Below the pieces are notes generated by a model. That model was given only the letters and a program-made list of their open reading frames with translations, did not search any database and was not told the DNA's origin. DNA of 64,000 nt, taken from a virus. This document shows, piece after piece, positions 44,866 through 55,534 of the stretch; position 1 is the stretch's first letter; each line of letters starts with the position of its first letter. The stretch is taken from positions 32,001-96,000 of IMG/VR virus record IMGVR_UViG_3300030329_003470; one strand, 5' to 3'. Made by a program: the position numbers and the translations under genes.

Positions 44866-45846
44866 TTACCATCTTTTTTTAACTGGTGCTTTGTGTCCTG
44901 TCATATCATATTTTTTATAATTGACATCTTCAAAATCATCTTTAGACAAAGATCCAGTTTTTTTAAGTTTTTTGTTTAGTTTTGCAATACCAGTTTTGTT
45001 AACAATTTTTACATCACCGTGTACATTTGCCATTCGTTTTTTATATGCAACTGTGTTTCTTTCATTTTCTCCTTGTCTAGTAAACGATGGCATCATATGA
45101 TTTAATTCTAATAAGTCATCTCTAATGGATTGATTTTTCTTTTCAATGTTTAATATTCTTGTAAATGAATTTGTAATTGCCGCAGTATAATATGCAAAAG
45201 GATTTTCTGATTTGCTTTCATCAAACTGTAAACCAATTTGTGATAACTGCATTAGTGCTTGTGATTGCATTTCATCATTATATGTGTAACCTCTCCAGTT
45301 TGCTCTTGTACCATAACGTTCACACAATTTCATAAACATCATTGCAAGACTGTTTGTAATTTTTCCATGATCACAAGAGAAATGTCCATTTGACATTCCA
45401 CCAATCCAGTGTGATTTTCCTACACATTGTAGTTTGCCTTTTTTATCTAATCTATAATGTTGAAAAGGCGGAAAGTTTACTTTGGCATGATGATCCGATG
45501 TTTGCTTAGGATTTTTCTTTCTAGTAGAGTCCAAAGGAACATGATCATAAGTGTTTACTCTAAATACCAAATCAGTTTTATCAATTTTTCTTGGAGAAAC
45601 AGTACAGTTTGTTAGTTTAATTTTTTTATCACCTGATGCTTTTGCTTCTTCCCATGCCAGTTGTGTTAATCTTTTTGCTTTGGCTTTTCTGGCTTTTGCT
45701 ATTGTTGTAGGGTTAATTTTTTTAAGGTTAGGTACTATGATATCATACTGTGAATCCTCTGGAGCCACGTATGAACAATATGTATTTTTGCTGGCGTGTA
45801 TTTGTGCCAACAGATCTCGGTTGTTTAGGTATTTCACTCTCTTCAT
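44866..45846 (-). CDS. Late-transcription sigma factor (T4 gp55-like) with large insertion
   Basis: YLNNRDLL; NWRGYTYNDEM; FDESKSENPFAYYT...F.R...EKK; located next to gp47. Confidence 0.85.
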   Translation of the reverse strand: MKRVKYLNNRDLLAQIHASKNTYCSYVAPEDSQYDIIVPNLKKINPTTIAKARKAKAKRLTQLAWEEAKASGDKKIKLTNCTVSPRKIDKTDLVFRVNTYDHVPLDSTRKKNPKQTSDHHAKVNFPPFQHYRLDKKGKLQCVGKSHWIGGMSNGHFSCDHGKITNSLAMMFMKLCERYGTRANWRGYTYNDEMQSQALMQLSQIGLQFDESKSENPFAYYTAAITNSFTRILNIEKKNQSIRDDLLELNHMMPSFTRQGENERNTVAYKKRMANVHGDVKIVNKTGIAKLNKKLKKTGSLSKDDFEDVNYKKYDMTGHKAPVKKRW

Positions 45847-45915
45847 AATTATCTCTTTTATTTTGCTAAAATGACCACAAACAGGTCTGTTGAATTGTGC
45901 CGTACGGTTAATTAA

Positions 45916-45942
45916 ATACGCCTATAATTGTGCCTATAAATA
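45916..45942 (+). promoter_or_regulatory. Late promoter with upstream element (baseplate operon 1)
   Basis: ATACGC-N3-TAATT-N2-GC-N2-ATAAATA; same layout at 52011. Confidence 0.6.
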
Positions 45943-45987
45943 TGTTTAAAGTATACGAAATTTAACAAAGGAAAGCAACCAAAAAAA

Positions 45988-46821
45988 ATGGCATTCGGTA
46001 ACCAAAATACAAGACCAAACGTTGGAATAGGAGACGTGGTTAAAAATGTTGGAACAGGCATTTATAATCGTACGATAGGACGTTTGTTTAGTTCTGGTAT
46101 TAGAAGAGATTCTAGAATAGTTAATGCACGGGCAAAATGGAGTGGTAGAGATTCTAAAAAAGATTGGCGTGTGAAATTAAAAGTACCAACAGGTTCACCA
46201 TTAGAAGCATTTTTCTTTGAAAACAATCAATTACTGCAACCATTAAGAGAAGAAATGGGAATTTTTTGGCCGTTGACACCATCAATTGTTATACAGTATT
46301 CAGCAAACTATAATGCAATGGAGCAAACACACAGTAACTATCCTCACTATCAATATGGAAATTCACAAGTTGATCAAATGAATATATTTGGAGAATTTCC
46401 TGTACAGAATCAGGATGACGCAAAACATTGGGTTGCAACAGTAAATTTTTTAAGAACAGCCTCAAAAATGTTTTTTGGTGAAGATGAAGGGTATGGTTTA
46501 AAAGGAAACCCACCGCCAATATTTCATTTGTATGGATACGGTGACCATATGTTCAATAAAGTTCCAGTAATTATTAACACTTTTAACGTTGAACTAAGAT
46601 CAGGAATAGATTATATTTCAACACAACAATCTGATGTTTATAGATCAGACTCTAACATTGATTATCAACAACAAGACTCAACATGGGCACCAACATTATC
46701 AACCATATCAGTTCTTGTATCACCTATCTACTCTAGAGAGTCAGTTAAAAACTTTAGTATGTCTAAATTTGTACGTGGTGAATTAAACGGAAAAGGTGCA
46801 AACGAAATAGGATTTATTTAA
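45988..46821 (+). CDS. Baseplate tube-fold protein (gp48/gp54-like)
   Basis: WPLTPSI...YSANY, FLRTASKMFFG, GNPPP; first gene of the baseplate operon. Confidence 0.65.
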   Translation: MAFGNQNTRPNVGIGDVVKNVGTGIYNRTIGRLFSSGIRRDSRIVNARAKWSGRDSKKDWRVKLKVPTGSPLEAFFFENNQLLQPLREEMGIFWPLTPSIVIQYSANYNAMEQTHSNYPHYQYGNSQVDQMNIFGEFPVQNQDDAKHWVATVNFLRTASKMFFGEDEGYGLKGNPPPIFHLYGYGDHMFNKVPVIINTFNVELRSGIDYISTQQSDVYRSDSNIDYQQQDSTWAPTLSTISVLVSPIYSRESVKNFSMSKFVRGELNGKGANEIGFI

Positions 46822-47120
46822 TGGCAGGCTATTCTCGAACATCACCCTATTTTGAAACACCAATGTCTGCAGACAATCTGGAGATATTAACTCCAAGAAC
46901 AATTACTGTTGAAGATGATGATCAATCATACACAATTGAAAGAACTTACGCATACAGACCAGACCTTTTAGCATATGACTTGTATGGTACTCCAAGATTA
47001 TGGTGGGTTTTTGCTCAACGTAATCCAGATAAAATAGAAGATCCAATTTACGATTTCAAAATAGGAGTAACCATTCAGTTACCAAAGAAAGAATTATTGC
47101 TTAAAGATTTAGGAGTATAA
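46821..47120 (+). CDS. Baseplate wedge protein (gp53-like, LysM-type)
   Basis: YRPDLLAYDLYGTPRLWWVFAQRN. Confidence 0.8.
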   Translation: MAGYSRTSPYFETPMSADNLEILTPRTITVEDDDQSYTIERTYAYRPDLLAYDLYGTPRLWWVFAQRNPDKIEDPIYDFKIGVTIQLPKKELLLKDLGV

Positions 47121-47122
47121 TC

Positions 47123-49555
47123 ATGGCAGGTGCCATAAAAACAAAAAAAAGATCTTCTAAAGAAAATTCCGCTATTGACAATACTGGTAGCAGTTCTACT
47201 GGTAGCACTAATTCTCATCACATATTCGGGGGCAATAAAAATATTAATAAAGTAACTTCAAATCACACAAAGTTCCATGGAAAAAACCATTACTTTAGTT
47301 CAATGAAAACCTCTACTAGTAGCGGTTTTTTAAAATCAGGAATAGGTGAATCTGAAGAAAAACGAACAACTCAATATGTAACAAATATTTCTGAACCTAA
47401 TATATTGCATCAGTATGCAAGTTACAATCCACTTTTTACTCTTTCTGCTTTATCACAAGCAGACTTACTAGACACAACAACCTTGTTAAATTCTAAACCT
47501 CATGATATTATTATACAAAGTAGCGGTATAGGATCACAAGCAAACCAAAGAGGGTATGGTCCATTAGATGCTCGTCAAGGTCGAGGCGGAGAAACATTAT
47601 CAGGAGATAATAAAAAGTTTGTGGACAAAAACGAAGGATTGTCTAAAACACTTAATAAAGCCAGAAAAGAATTTCAAAAAAATAGAGATTTGTATTTTAG
47701 AAATGTAACAATGAACAGTGTTAATGGTCATAACAGTAAAAGACGATTAACAAATATTACAGATATTAATATGGAAATAATGGAACCGTTTGGCATTTCT
47801 TTAATAGATAGAATCAGAGCGGCCGCGGCTAATAATGATTATTTAGATCACTTAGATGCTCCTTATTTGCTTACAGTAGAATTTACAGGGTGGGATGAAT
47901 TAGGCAAAGTAGTGCAACCGCAATATTCTACAAAACGTGTTATTCCAGTTAAATTAACCGATATGAAAATAGACATTAGTCAAGGAGGTTCTGTTTATTC
48001 AGTAAGAGCAATTCCTTGGTCTGAATTTGCATACGTAAACAGATTTGCTTACCCAAGAACTGCTGGAACATTATCAACAAAAGACAAAAAATTGAATACA
48101 TTGGTAGTAGAGTTACAGAATATTTTAAACAAACAAGGCGAAGATAATGAAAAAGACGGAACAATTTCAATTCCAGACGAGTATCAGATAAGCATAGATA
48201 ACTTTTTTGAACCAGACACAACAGAAATTGAATTAGATTCTTATGTTAAAAGAGAAATGCATCCAACACAAGGTGTTATAGAAACCGAAACAGGCGATCC
48301 TTTAGAATTTTTAAAATTTTCAAAAAATGATCACGTCACAGCAATACTAGATCAGATCATGAAAGGACACCCAAAACAAAGACATAACGACTACGAGAAC
48401 TGGAAACAAAAAGTAACAACAGTATTGGCATCAAGATCAACTAATCAAGCAGTATATGATGCCGCAAAAGAACAAGGATGGTATTATAAAAAATATCAAA
48501 TTAGAAGCACAGTTATACCTACAAACAAATTTGATCCAAAAAGGGCAACCAATGCCAAAATAATAAAGTTTGTTGTTGAACCGTTGATGATTCATGCTTA
48601 TAGCCTTGCTGTACCTGGTGTTAGTACTGGCGATAACTTTAAAAGTTTTGTACACAAAACTTACAATTATATTTTTACAGGCGAAAACGTTGATGTTTTA
48701 GATCTTAATATAAATTATAAAGTTGCATATTTTCAAAGCAGATTATCAGAAGGTGGTGATTCAAAACGAAATAGAGATCAAGTGCAATTAATTGATGTTA
48801 AAACTGCCGGTATTACTGAGTCTCAGGACCACGGTTTAGATCAATCTCTTCTTTTAAAGTCAGAGCCTGGTGAAGGAAAATCAGCAGACAATTTATCAAA
48901 TGATAAAACTACAGAATTAGATAATTTTTTAGATTATTTGGCAAACCCAGAAGCAGATATGGTCACCATAAATTTAGAAATTTTAGGTGATCCAGCATGG
49001 CTAGGACAATCACAATTTATACCTGCAAATCCAGAAATGTTTGCTCCTGGAGTCAGTGAGGACAAAGATATTTCATATTGGAGAGCAGGACTTAATGCTG
49101 TATGGAACAACGAATTAAAATGTTACAATCCAGAACTTGCAGATCCAATAGTATTAATAAATTTTAGAATGCCTACAGACCTTGATGATAAAACAGGAAT
49201 ATACGAACTCCAGTCTGATCAGTCAGCAACTTTTTCTGGACTATATAGAGTATACCAAATAGAACATAGTTTTGATAACGGAATGTACAAAAATATTTTA
49301 AAATTAGTTAGATTTAATAACCAAGGTGTTAAAATATCAACACCAATGAGAGAATACAGATATCTTAACAAAAAAGATGGCACAACACATATAGTACATC
49401 ATAGTGAAATTCCTGAAAACTTTCTTGCAATGGGTGGACAAATTTTTAGTGTACAAGATAAACTAAATTCTCTTTTTGCTAAAGTAAAAAGTTCTTCATT
49501 ATATAAAACAGTTGCTAGAACATCAAAAAGAATAAAGGATTTCTTCAATGTCTAA
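47123..49555 (+). CDS. Baseplate hub protein (gp27-like position)
   Basis: 810 aa between gp53-like and gp5-like genes; LEILGDPAWL, FSGLYRVYQIEHSFDNG. Confidence 0.68.
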   Translation: MAGAIKTKKRSSKENSAIDNTGSSSTGSTNSHHIFGGNKNINKVTSNHTKFHGKNHYFSSMKTSTSSGFLKSGIGESEEKRTTQYVTNISEPNILHQYASYNPLFTLSALSQADLLDTTTLLNSKPHDIIIQSSGIGSQANQRGYGPLDARQGRGGETLSGDNKKFVDKNEGLSKTLNKARKEFQKNRDLYFRNVTMNSVNGHNSKRRLTNITDINMEIMEPFGISLIDRIRAAAANNDYLDHLDAPYLLTVEFTGWDELGKVVQPQYSTKRVIPVKLTDMKIDISQGGSVYSVRAIPWSEFAYVNRFAYPRTAGTLSTKDKKLNTLVVELQNILNKQGEDNEKDGTISIPDEYQISIDNFFEPDTTEIELDSYVKREMHPTQGVIETETGDPLEFLKFSKNDHVTAILDQIMKGHPKQRHNDYENWKQKVTTVLASRSTNQAVYDAAKEQGWYYKKYQIRSTVIPTNKFDPKRATNAKIIKFVVEPLMIHAYSLAVPGVSTGDNFKSFVHKTYNYIFTGENVDVLDLNINYKVAYFQSRLSEGGDSKRNRDQVQLIDVKTAGITESQDHGLDQSLLLKSEPGEGKSADNLSNDKTTELDNFLDYLANPEADMVTINLEILGDPAWLGQSQFIPANPEMFAPGVSEDKDISYWRAGLNAVWNNELKCYNPELADPIVLINFRMPTDLDDKTGIYELQSDQSATFSGLYRVYQIEHSFDNGMYKNILKLVRFNNQGVKISTPMREYRYLNKKDGTTHIVHHSEIPENFLAMGGQIFSVQDKLNSLFAKVKSSSLYKTVARTSKRIKDFFNV

Positions 49556-51566
49556 GTTACATGATCATCTTAAAGGTGATGCATCAACATCAGTACCACC
49601 GGGTGCGGATCAATCATGGTCTAAAGGAAACCCAGGACCATACATAGGCATAGTAAAAGGTAACATTGATCCTGCTAGAATGGGACGGTTAAAAGTTTCA
49701 ATTCCTGAAATTAGTAAAACACAATCACCAAACTTTAATCAATTATACACAGTTGATTATCTTTCTCCTTTTTATGGAGCCAAAGCATCTATATACAATA
49801 AACCACATAGTAGAACCCACGAAGGGTCGCAACACTCGTATGGTTTTTGGGCAATACCACCAGATTTAGAATCAAGAGTTTTAGTTATTTTTGCTGAAGG
49901 AAAATTATCACAAGGATATTGGATAGGATGTATACAAGATCCTTACACAAATCATATGGTGCCTGGTATTGCATCAAGCGAAAAAACAATTGATAAAACC
50001 ACAGGATTAGATGTTAACAATCCAAACGAAATGAAAAATGCCAGTGTTGACAAAATGTCAACTTATGGAACAACCAATGTTCCTGCAGGCGAAGTTAATA
50101 GAGCATCGCCGGGGTATGACAATATTAACCATGATAACTTTCCAAAACCTATACACCCTTTTGCTGAAACTTTAAAAGCACAAGGATTGATTGGTGACAC
50201 TGTAAGAGGCACAACATCTTCTTCAGCAAGAAGAGAAACACCAAGTCAGGTTTTTGGTATCAGTACTCCTGGTAGAAAAAATACAGGTACTACTAAAGAG
50301 AAAGTCGGTGCAAAAGACACCAATCAAACTGACCACGTAGTTAGAGATACTGGACATACTTTTGTTATGGACGATGGAGATGTTAACGGTAACAACCAAT
50401 TAACAAGATTAAGAACAGCATCAGGACACCAAATATTAATGCATGATACATCGGGTGTTGTGTATATTGCAAATGGTTCAGGAAACAGTTGGTTTGAAAT
50501 GAGTAGTGATGGAAAAATTTATGTATATGCTCAAGACGGATTTAATTTTAGGTCAGATGGAAATTTTGATTTACACTCAGGTGGAGATATTAACTTCCAT
50601 GCCAAGCATAGTATAAAATTTACAGCAGAAGTTGACATGGTTAATAATGCTGGATATTTAATGAACATTGGACAAACAGGTATTGCTAATTCTTCTCAAG
50701 GAGGTGCAATAACATCATACGCCAGTGGTAGCATTTCGTCCTACGCAGGTGGTGGACAGATGCACGGTGCCGGCGGTAGAATAGATTTAGCGGCGAGTGG
50801 ACAGATACATTTCAATTCAGTCCCTGCCAGTTCTAGTTGGGGACCAACATGGTTAACACCAGAAGCGTCAGGAATAATAACAGACGAATCAGAAAATGAT
50901 GTAAACCTCACAGTTGGCGTGGGCGGAGTACTAGAAGCAAACACAAAAAAAACAAAAACAACTGTGCCAAATCTTGTAACACATGAACCATTTGCAAGAG
51001 CACCGTCTGGTATATATGAAACAGTATCACAATGGAACGATCCTGTAAAATGGAAAGAATTATCACAAACGCCAGGTACGTTAGAATTTATGGCACAACA
51101 AAATAGAGAAAGTGATGTGGATTACATTAAACAACTACAATTTTTTACAGATCAAAAAAAATATCTTACAGACAAGGGTTTGTTAGAATCAAAAGGTATA
51201 GATATAACCAATCCTAATGAAATGAAAAGTTTAACGAAATTTAATGCTGTTAAATTAAAAGAATTTTCAGATACATTTACTAAAAGTTACAATAACATTT
51301 ACAAAGTAAACAGTGTTGTTGAAAATTTAAAATCAGGAGATATCAAACAAATTTTAACGACTAAAGTTGTAGCAGGCAAGATTACAAGTGTTGCATCAAA
51401 TCTTGCAGGTACAATATTAGGTAGATCATCTGCTAATAACCTACCACCATCATTACGAGGTACAGCGGTAGGAAGAATTACGCAGGTAGCAACTGCATTC
51501 AGACAGAGTGCGGCCGGTGTTTTCAAAAGTATTTCAAGTGCAATAGGCAAGTTTAAATTTTGGTAA
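49548..51566 (+). CDS. Central spike (gp5/VgrG-like)
   Basis: OB-fold DPARMGRLKV, GFWAIPPD...VLVIFAEG; beta-helix GHTFVMDD, GHQILMHD; no lysozyme domain recognised. Confidence 0.85.
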   Translation: MSKLHDHLKGDASTSVPPGADQSWSKGNPGPYIGIVKGNIDPARMGRLKVSIPEISKTQSPNFNQLYTVDYLSPFYGAKASIYNKPHSRTHEGSQHSYGFWAIPPDLESRVLVIFAEGKLSQGYWIGCIQDPYTNHMVPGIASSEKTIDKTTGLDVNNPNEMKNASVDKMSTYGTTNVPAGEVNRASPGYDNINHDNFPKPIHPFAETLKAQGLIGDTVRGTTSSSARRETPSQVFGISTPGRKNTGTTKEKVGAKDTNQTDHVVRDTGHTFVMDDGDVNGNNQLTRLRTASGHQILMHDTSGVVYIANGSGNSWFEMSSDGKIYVYAQDGFNFRSDGNFDLHSGGDINFHAKHSIKFTAEVDMVNNAGYLMNIGQTGIANSSQGGAITSYASGSISSYAGGGQMHGAGGRIDLAASGQIHFNSVPASSSWGPTWLTPEASGIITDESENDVNLTVGVGGVLEANTKKTKTTVPNLVTHEPFARAPSGIYETVSQWNDPVKWKELSQTPGTLEFMAQQNRESDVDYIKQLQFFTDQKKYLTDKGLLESKGIDITNPNEMKSLTKFNAVKLKEFSDTFTKSYNNIYKVNSVVENLKSGDIKQILTTKVVAGKITSVASNLAGTILGRSSANNLPPSLRGTAVGRITQVATAFRQSAAGVFKSISSAIGKFKFW

Positions 51567-51589
51567 AATTAAGGATATAAATATTTAAA

Positions 51590-52009
51590 ATGGCATACGG
51601 ATCAGGTTCAGGAACAGGTACAACAGCAGGTAACTCAACAGTTACATTCAAAGGATTTTCATCACGAGCAGATAATCAAAACTTTAAGGTTTATGATTTT
51701 GAGTGTGCCAAACAGGATCTCATAAACCGTTTGTCGGTACGTAAGGGCGAAAGGGTGGAGAATCCTGAATTTGGTACAATAATATATGATTTGTTGTTTG
51801 AACCGTTTACAGAAGCATTAAAAGATGCCATAACGGAAGATATTACAGCAAATTTAAATGCTGATCCACGTATTGGAACAGAGGAAATCACAGTAGTAGA
51901 AGCAGATCACGGTATAGCCATACAGGCAACATTGAAATATATACCGTTAGATATTACAGAGAAATTGGCGTTTAAGTTTGATGAAAATTCTCTAATACGC
52001 CTATCTTAA
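51590..52009 (+). CDS. Baseplate wedge protein (gp25-like)
   Basis: RKGERVENPEFGTIIYDLLFEP...DPRI. Confidence 0.92.
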   Translation: MAYGSGSGTGTTAGNSTVTFKGFSSRADNQNFKVYDFECAKQDLINRLSVRKGERVENPEFGTIIYDLLFEPFTEALKDAITEDITANLNADPRIGTEEITVVEADHGIAIQATLKYIPLDITEKLAFKFDENSLIRLS

Positions 52010-52010
52010 T

Positions 52011-52037
52011 ATACGCACTTAATTTAGCACATAAATA
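52011..52037 (+). promoter_or_regulatory. Late promoter with upstream element (baseplate operon 2)
   Basis: ATACGC-act-TAATT-ta-GC-ac-ATAAATA. Confidence 0.6.
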
Positions 52038-52051
52038 TCCATACAAACGAT

Positions 52052-55000
52052 ATGGCTACCACAGAACGACAGAATAGATTATTAGTTGCAGAGGATTGGA
52101 GAAAGATCTATCAGGCTTTCCAACAAGCAGATTTTAAATCTTACGACTTTGAAACGTTACGTAGAACAATGGTGGCGTACATCAGAGAAAATTACCCAGA
52201 TGATTTCAATGATTTTGTAGAAAGTTCAGAGTATATTGCACTTATTGATTTAATTGCTTATATTTCACAAGCACTTTCGTTCAGAATAGATTTGAATGCT
52301 AGAGAAAACTTTTTAGAAACAGCAGAAAGAAGAAATTCAGTTTTAAGATTAGCACGTCTAATAAATTATAACGCAAGTAGAAATAAACCAGCAACAGGTC
52401 TTTTAAAAATTAATTCTGTATCAACAACGCAAGACGTGTATGATTCAACAGGAACTAACATAGCAAACTCAACAGTTATTTGGAATGATTCAGTTAATTC
52501 AAGTTACAGGGAACAATTTATTGCGATACTAAATGCCGCAAACCAATCAGGACAATTATTTGGTAACCCAAGAGAGTCAGGATCTATAGGAGGCATTCCA
52601 ACAGAAATTTATACATTAAGTTCTAATCAATTAGATCTTCCAATATATAATTTTACAAAAAGTGTTGGTGGTATTAGTAGACGTTTTGAAATTATACCTT
52701 CGAGTATAACTGATTCTGAAAGCATATATGAATCAAAACCAATTAATGGAACAGGATTAACTTATTGTTATAGATCAGACGGATCTGGAGATTCATCTAA
52801 CAATACAGGATTTTTCTTTTTATTCAAACAAGGTGCAATGGAAAATGTAGACTTTACTGTTGATTCATCAATTACAAATTATGTTAAAAGTTTTAGTACT
52901 GCAAATGTTAATGATACTGATATTTGGTTGTATAAACTAGATCAATTTGGTCAACCATTTGAAGAATGGAAAAAGGTTCCTTCATTAGCAGGAAACAATG
53001 CCATTTATAATTCTTTAGCAAAATCAGAAAGAAATATCTACAATGTAATTACGAAAGTTGATGATGCAATTGATTTAGTTTTTGGTGACGGTAACTTTGC
53101 TAATATGCCATTAGGAACGTTTAGATTGTATTATAGAGTAAGTGACAATGCCAAATATTCTATTCAACCAGCAGATATGAGAAATGTACAACTTTCAGTT
53201 CCATATACAGATGCTAATGGTAGTCAACAAACTCTTACAATGAGTTTATCATTAAAATCATCAATTTACAATTCTGCGGCAACTGAATCTAATGATTCAA
53301 TAAGAGAAAAAGCACCACAAGTTTACTATTCACAAAATAGAATGGTTACTGCTGAAGATTATCAAGTGGTACCTTTAGGTGCTTCACAAGAAATTATAAA
53401 AGTAAGATCAGTAAACAGAGCGGCTTCTGGGATATCTAGAGCAAAAGAAATTTTAGATCCTACAGGAGCATATTCAAATGTTAATATATTTGCTGAAGAC
53501 GGAATACTATACAGAGAAGAAAAAACAAACACATTTAGTTTTACATTTACAAATAGAAACATAATTGAATCTACTCTTAATAGTTCTGTAGAAGCAAGAT
53601 TAAAAAAAGCATATGCAAGACAATTTTATTATCTAAAATATAGTACAAAGGATGTAAGTTCTTTGTCAGCAACTTGGAATTCTTCAACAACAACTACAAA
53701 CACCAACACTGGTTTCTTTACATCAGGCGGTGCACTTGTAATTGGAGATTTTGCAACATCTAACCTTAAGTATGCAAAACCAGGTGCTTTAATTAAATTT
53801 ACTTCACCAGACACTAGAGAATTTTTAAATGATAGTTTAGTAACAGCAGGTACAGACGACGCAGAAGACAGAGCATGGTCAAAAATTGGAGCAGTTACTG
53901 GTGATGGTGCTAATGGTGGTACAGGAAATTTAGAATCTGGTTTAGGACCAGTAACATTGTCTAATATTATTCCAGATGGTGCATCTGTATCAGCAATAAT
54001 ACCTAACCTAACAACAACATTTTCATCTACTTTAAAAACAGATTTAATTGATAGAGTTGAAGCATATGAAGAATTTGGAATAAGATATGATGTAGATTCT
54101 GAGGAATGGAAAGTTATTACAGCAACAAATTTAAGTACAAGTTCGGTTTTTAGTTTAAGTAACACAGGATCATCAGCAGGTACAAACTTAGATGCAAGTT
54201 GGTGGTTTAAATTTACCAATGATGGTAGTACATACACAGTAACTTATAGATCATTAGATTATATTTTTGAATCAGAAGGACAAAATAAATTTCATTATGA
54301 TTCACAAGAAAAAATTTATGATTATAAAACAGGTCAAAGTGTTAAAGACACAGTAAAAGTTTTAAAAACAAATTCTATTGTTTCTACAGGAAACTCAATT
54401 GGTTATCCAATTAATTGGCAAATTGTAGACACAGTAACAGAAGCAGACGGATATCAAGACAATAGAAAAGTAAAAATTGGGTTCTTTGATAGTGATGACG
54501 ACGGAGTTGTTGATAATCCTGATATTTTTGACATTGTAATAGAGCCAGATACAACTCCTACTACAAAATTTGTTTTCTTTGAAAAATATATTTCATACAA
54601 TAACATAGCAAGATACAAACCATATGCGGCAACAAACTTTGTAGTGTCGTTAAACGAAACAGACATTAATTTAACTACAGGTGGATATTCAGATGGACAG
54701 TTATTTTATTTTTACGACGAAGATGAAGATGTTGTTAAAAAATACAGTTCATCTACTGGTGTTTTAACAACAACAACTGACTATTATGCAAGAAGAGGAA
54801 GAAGTTCACTTTCATTCCAATATAAACATCATGCAGGACAAGAAACTAGAATTGATCCTGCAGTTTCAAATATTGTTGATCTTTATCTATTAGAAAGATC
54901 TTATGATAACCTATATAGAATTTGGTTAAAAGATGGTGGTACCGAACCAACACCAGCAACATCAGACCAATTAAGAATAAGTTATTCTGGTACACTTAAT

Positions 55001-55534
55001 CCATTAAAATCGTTAAGTGATCATGTGGTATATCATCCAGTAAAATATAAAATTTTGTTTGGAACGAATGCCGACGAAGAATTACAATGTACATTTAAAG
55101 TTGTTAAAAATCCAAATACTAATATCACAGATGCAATTATTAAAACAAGAGTAATTGCCGCAGTAAATGAATTTTTTGCATTAGATAATTGGGATTTTGG
55201 AGATAGTTTTTATTTTACAGAATTAGCCGCTTATATACACCAACAACTAGCACCAGATTTATTAACAGTTGTTATTGTACCAAACCAATCAGGACAAAGT
55301 TTTGGGTCTTTGTTTCAATTAGCATCAGCGGCAGACGAAATTTTCATTAGTGGGGCCACCGTTAGTGATGTATCAATTATAACTGCACTAGGTGCCAACC
55401 AATTAGAAGCATCAGGAACAGTTGTAACTTCAACATCAACTACTACAACGAACACAACAACAGGTTCAGCAGTGTCAGGCTCTACTACATCGGGTTCCGG
55501 TTCAGGTACCGGCAGTAGTGGGGCAGGATACTAA
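52052..55534 (+). CDS. Baseplate wedge protein (gp6-like)
   Basis: SEYIALIDLIAY, ENFLETAERRNSV, QNRMVTAEDY, WDFGDSFYFTELAAYI; 1160 aa. Confidence 0.9.
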   Translation: MATTERQNRLLVAEDWRKIYQAFQQADFKSYDFETLRRTMVAYIRENYPDDFNDFVESSEYIALIDLIAYISQALSFRIDLNARENFLETAERRNSVLRLARLINYNASRNKPATGLLKINSVSTTQDVYDSTGTNIANSTVIWNDSVNSSYREQFIAILNAANQSGQLFGNPRESGSIGGIPTEIYTLSSNQLDLPIYNFTKSVGGISRRFEIIPSSITDSESIYESKPINGTGLTYCYRSDGSGDSSNNTGFFFLFKQGAMENVDFTVDSSITNYVKSFSTANVNDTDIWLYKLDQFGQPFEEWKKVPSLAGNNAIYNSLAKSERNIYNVITKVDDAIDLVFGDGNFANMPLGTFRLYYRVSDNAKYSIQPADMRNVQLSVPYTDANGSQQTLTMSLSLKSSIYNSAATESNDSIREKAPQVYYSQNRMVTAEDYQVVPLGASQEIIKVRSVNRAASGISRAKEILDPTGAYSNVNIFAEDGILYREEKTNTFSFTFTNRNIIESTLNSSVEARLKKAYARQFYYLKYSTKDVSSLSATWNSSTTTTNTNTGFFTSGGALVIGDFATSNLKYAKPGALIKFTSPDTREFLNDSLVTAGTDDAEDRAWSKIGAVTGDGANGGTGNLESGLGPVTLSNIIPDGASVSAIIPNLTTTFSSTLKTDLIDRVEAYEEFGIRYDVDSEEWKVITATNLSTSSVFSLSNTGSSAGTNLDASWWFKFTNDGSTYTVTYRSLDYIFESEGQNKFHYDSQEKIYDYKTGQSVKDTVKVLKTNSIVSTGNSIGYPINWQIVDTVTEADGYQDNRKVKIGFFDSDDDGVVDNPDIFDIVIEPDTTPTTKFVFFEKYISYNNIARYKPYAATNFVVSLNETDINLTTGGYSDGQLFYFYDEDEDVVKKYSSSTGVLTTTTDYYARRGRSSLSFQYKHHAGQETRIDPAVSNIVDLYLLERSYDNLYRIWLKDGGTEPTPATSDQLRISYSGTLNPLKSLSDHVVYHPVKYKILFGTNADEELQCTFKVVKNPNTNITDAIIKTRVIAAVNEFFALDNWDFGDSFYFTELAAYIHQQLAPDLLTVVIVPNQSGQSFGSLFQLASAADEIFISGATVSDVSIITALGANQLEASGTVVTSTSTTTTNTTTGSAVSGSTTSGSGSGTGSSGAGY

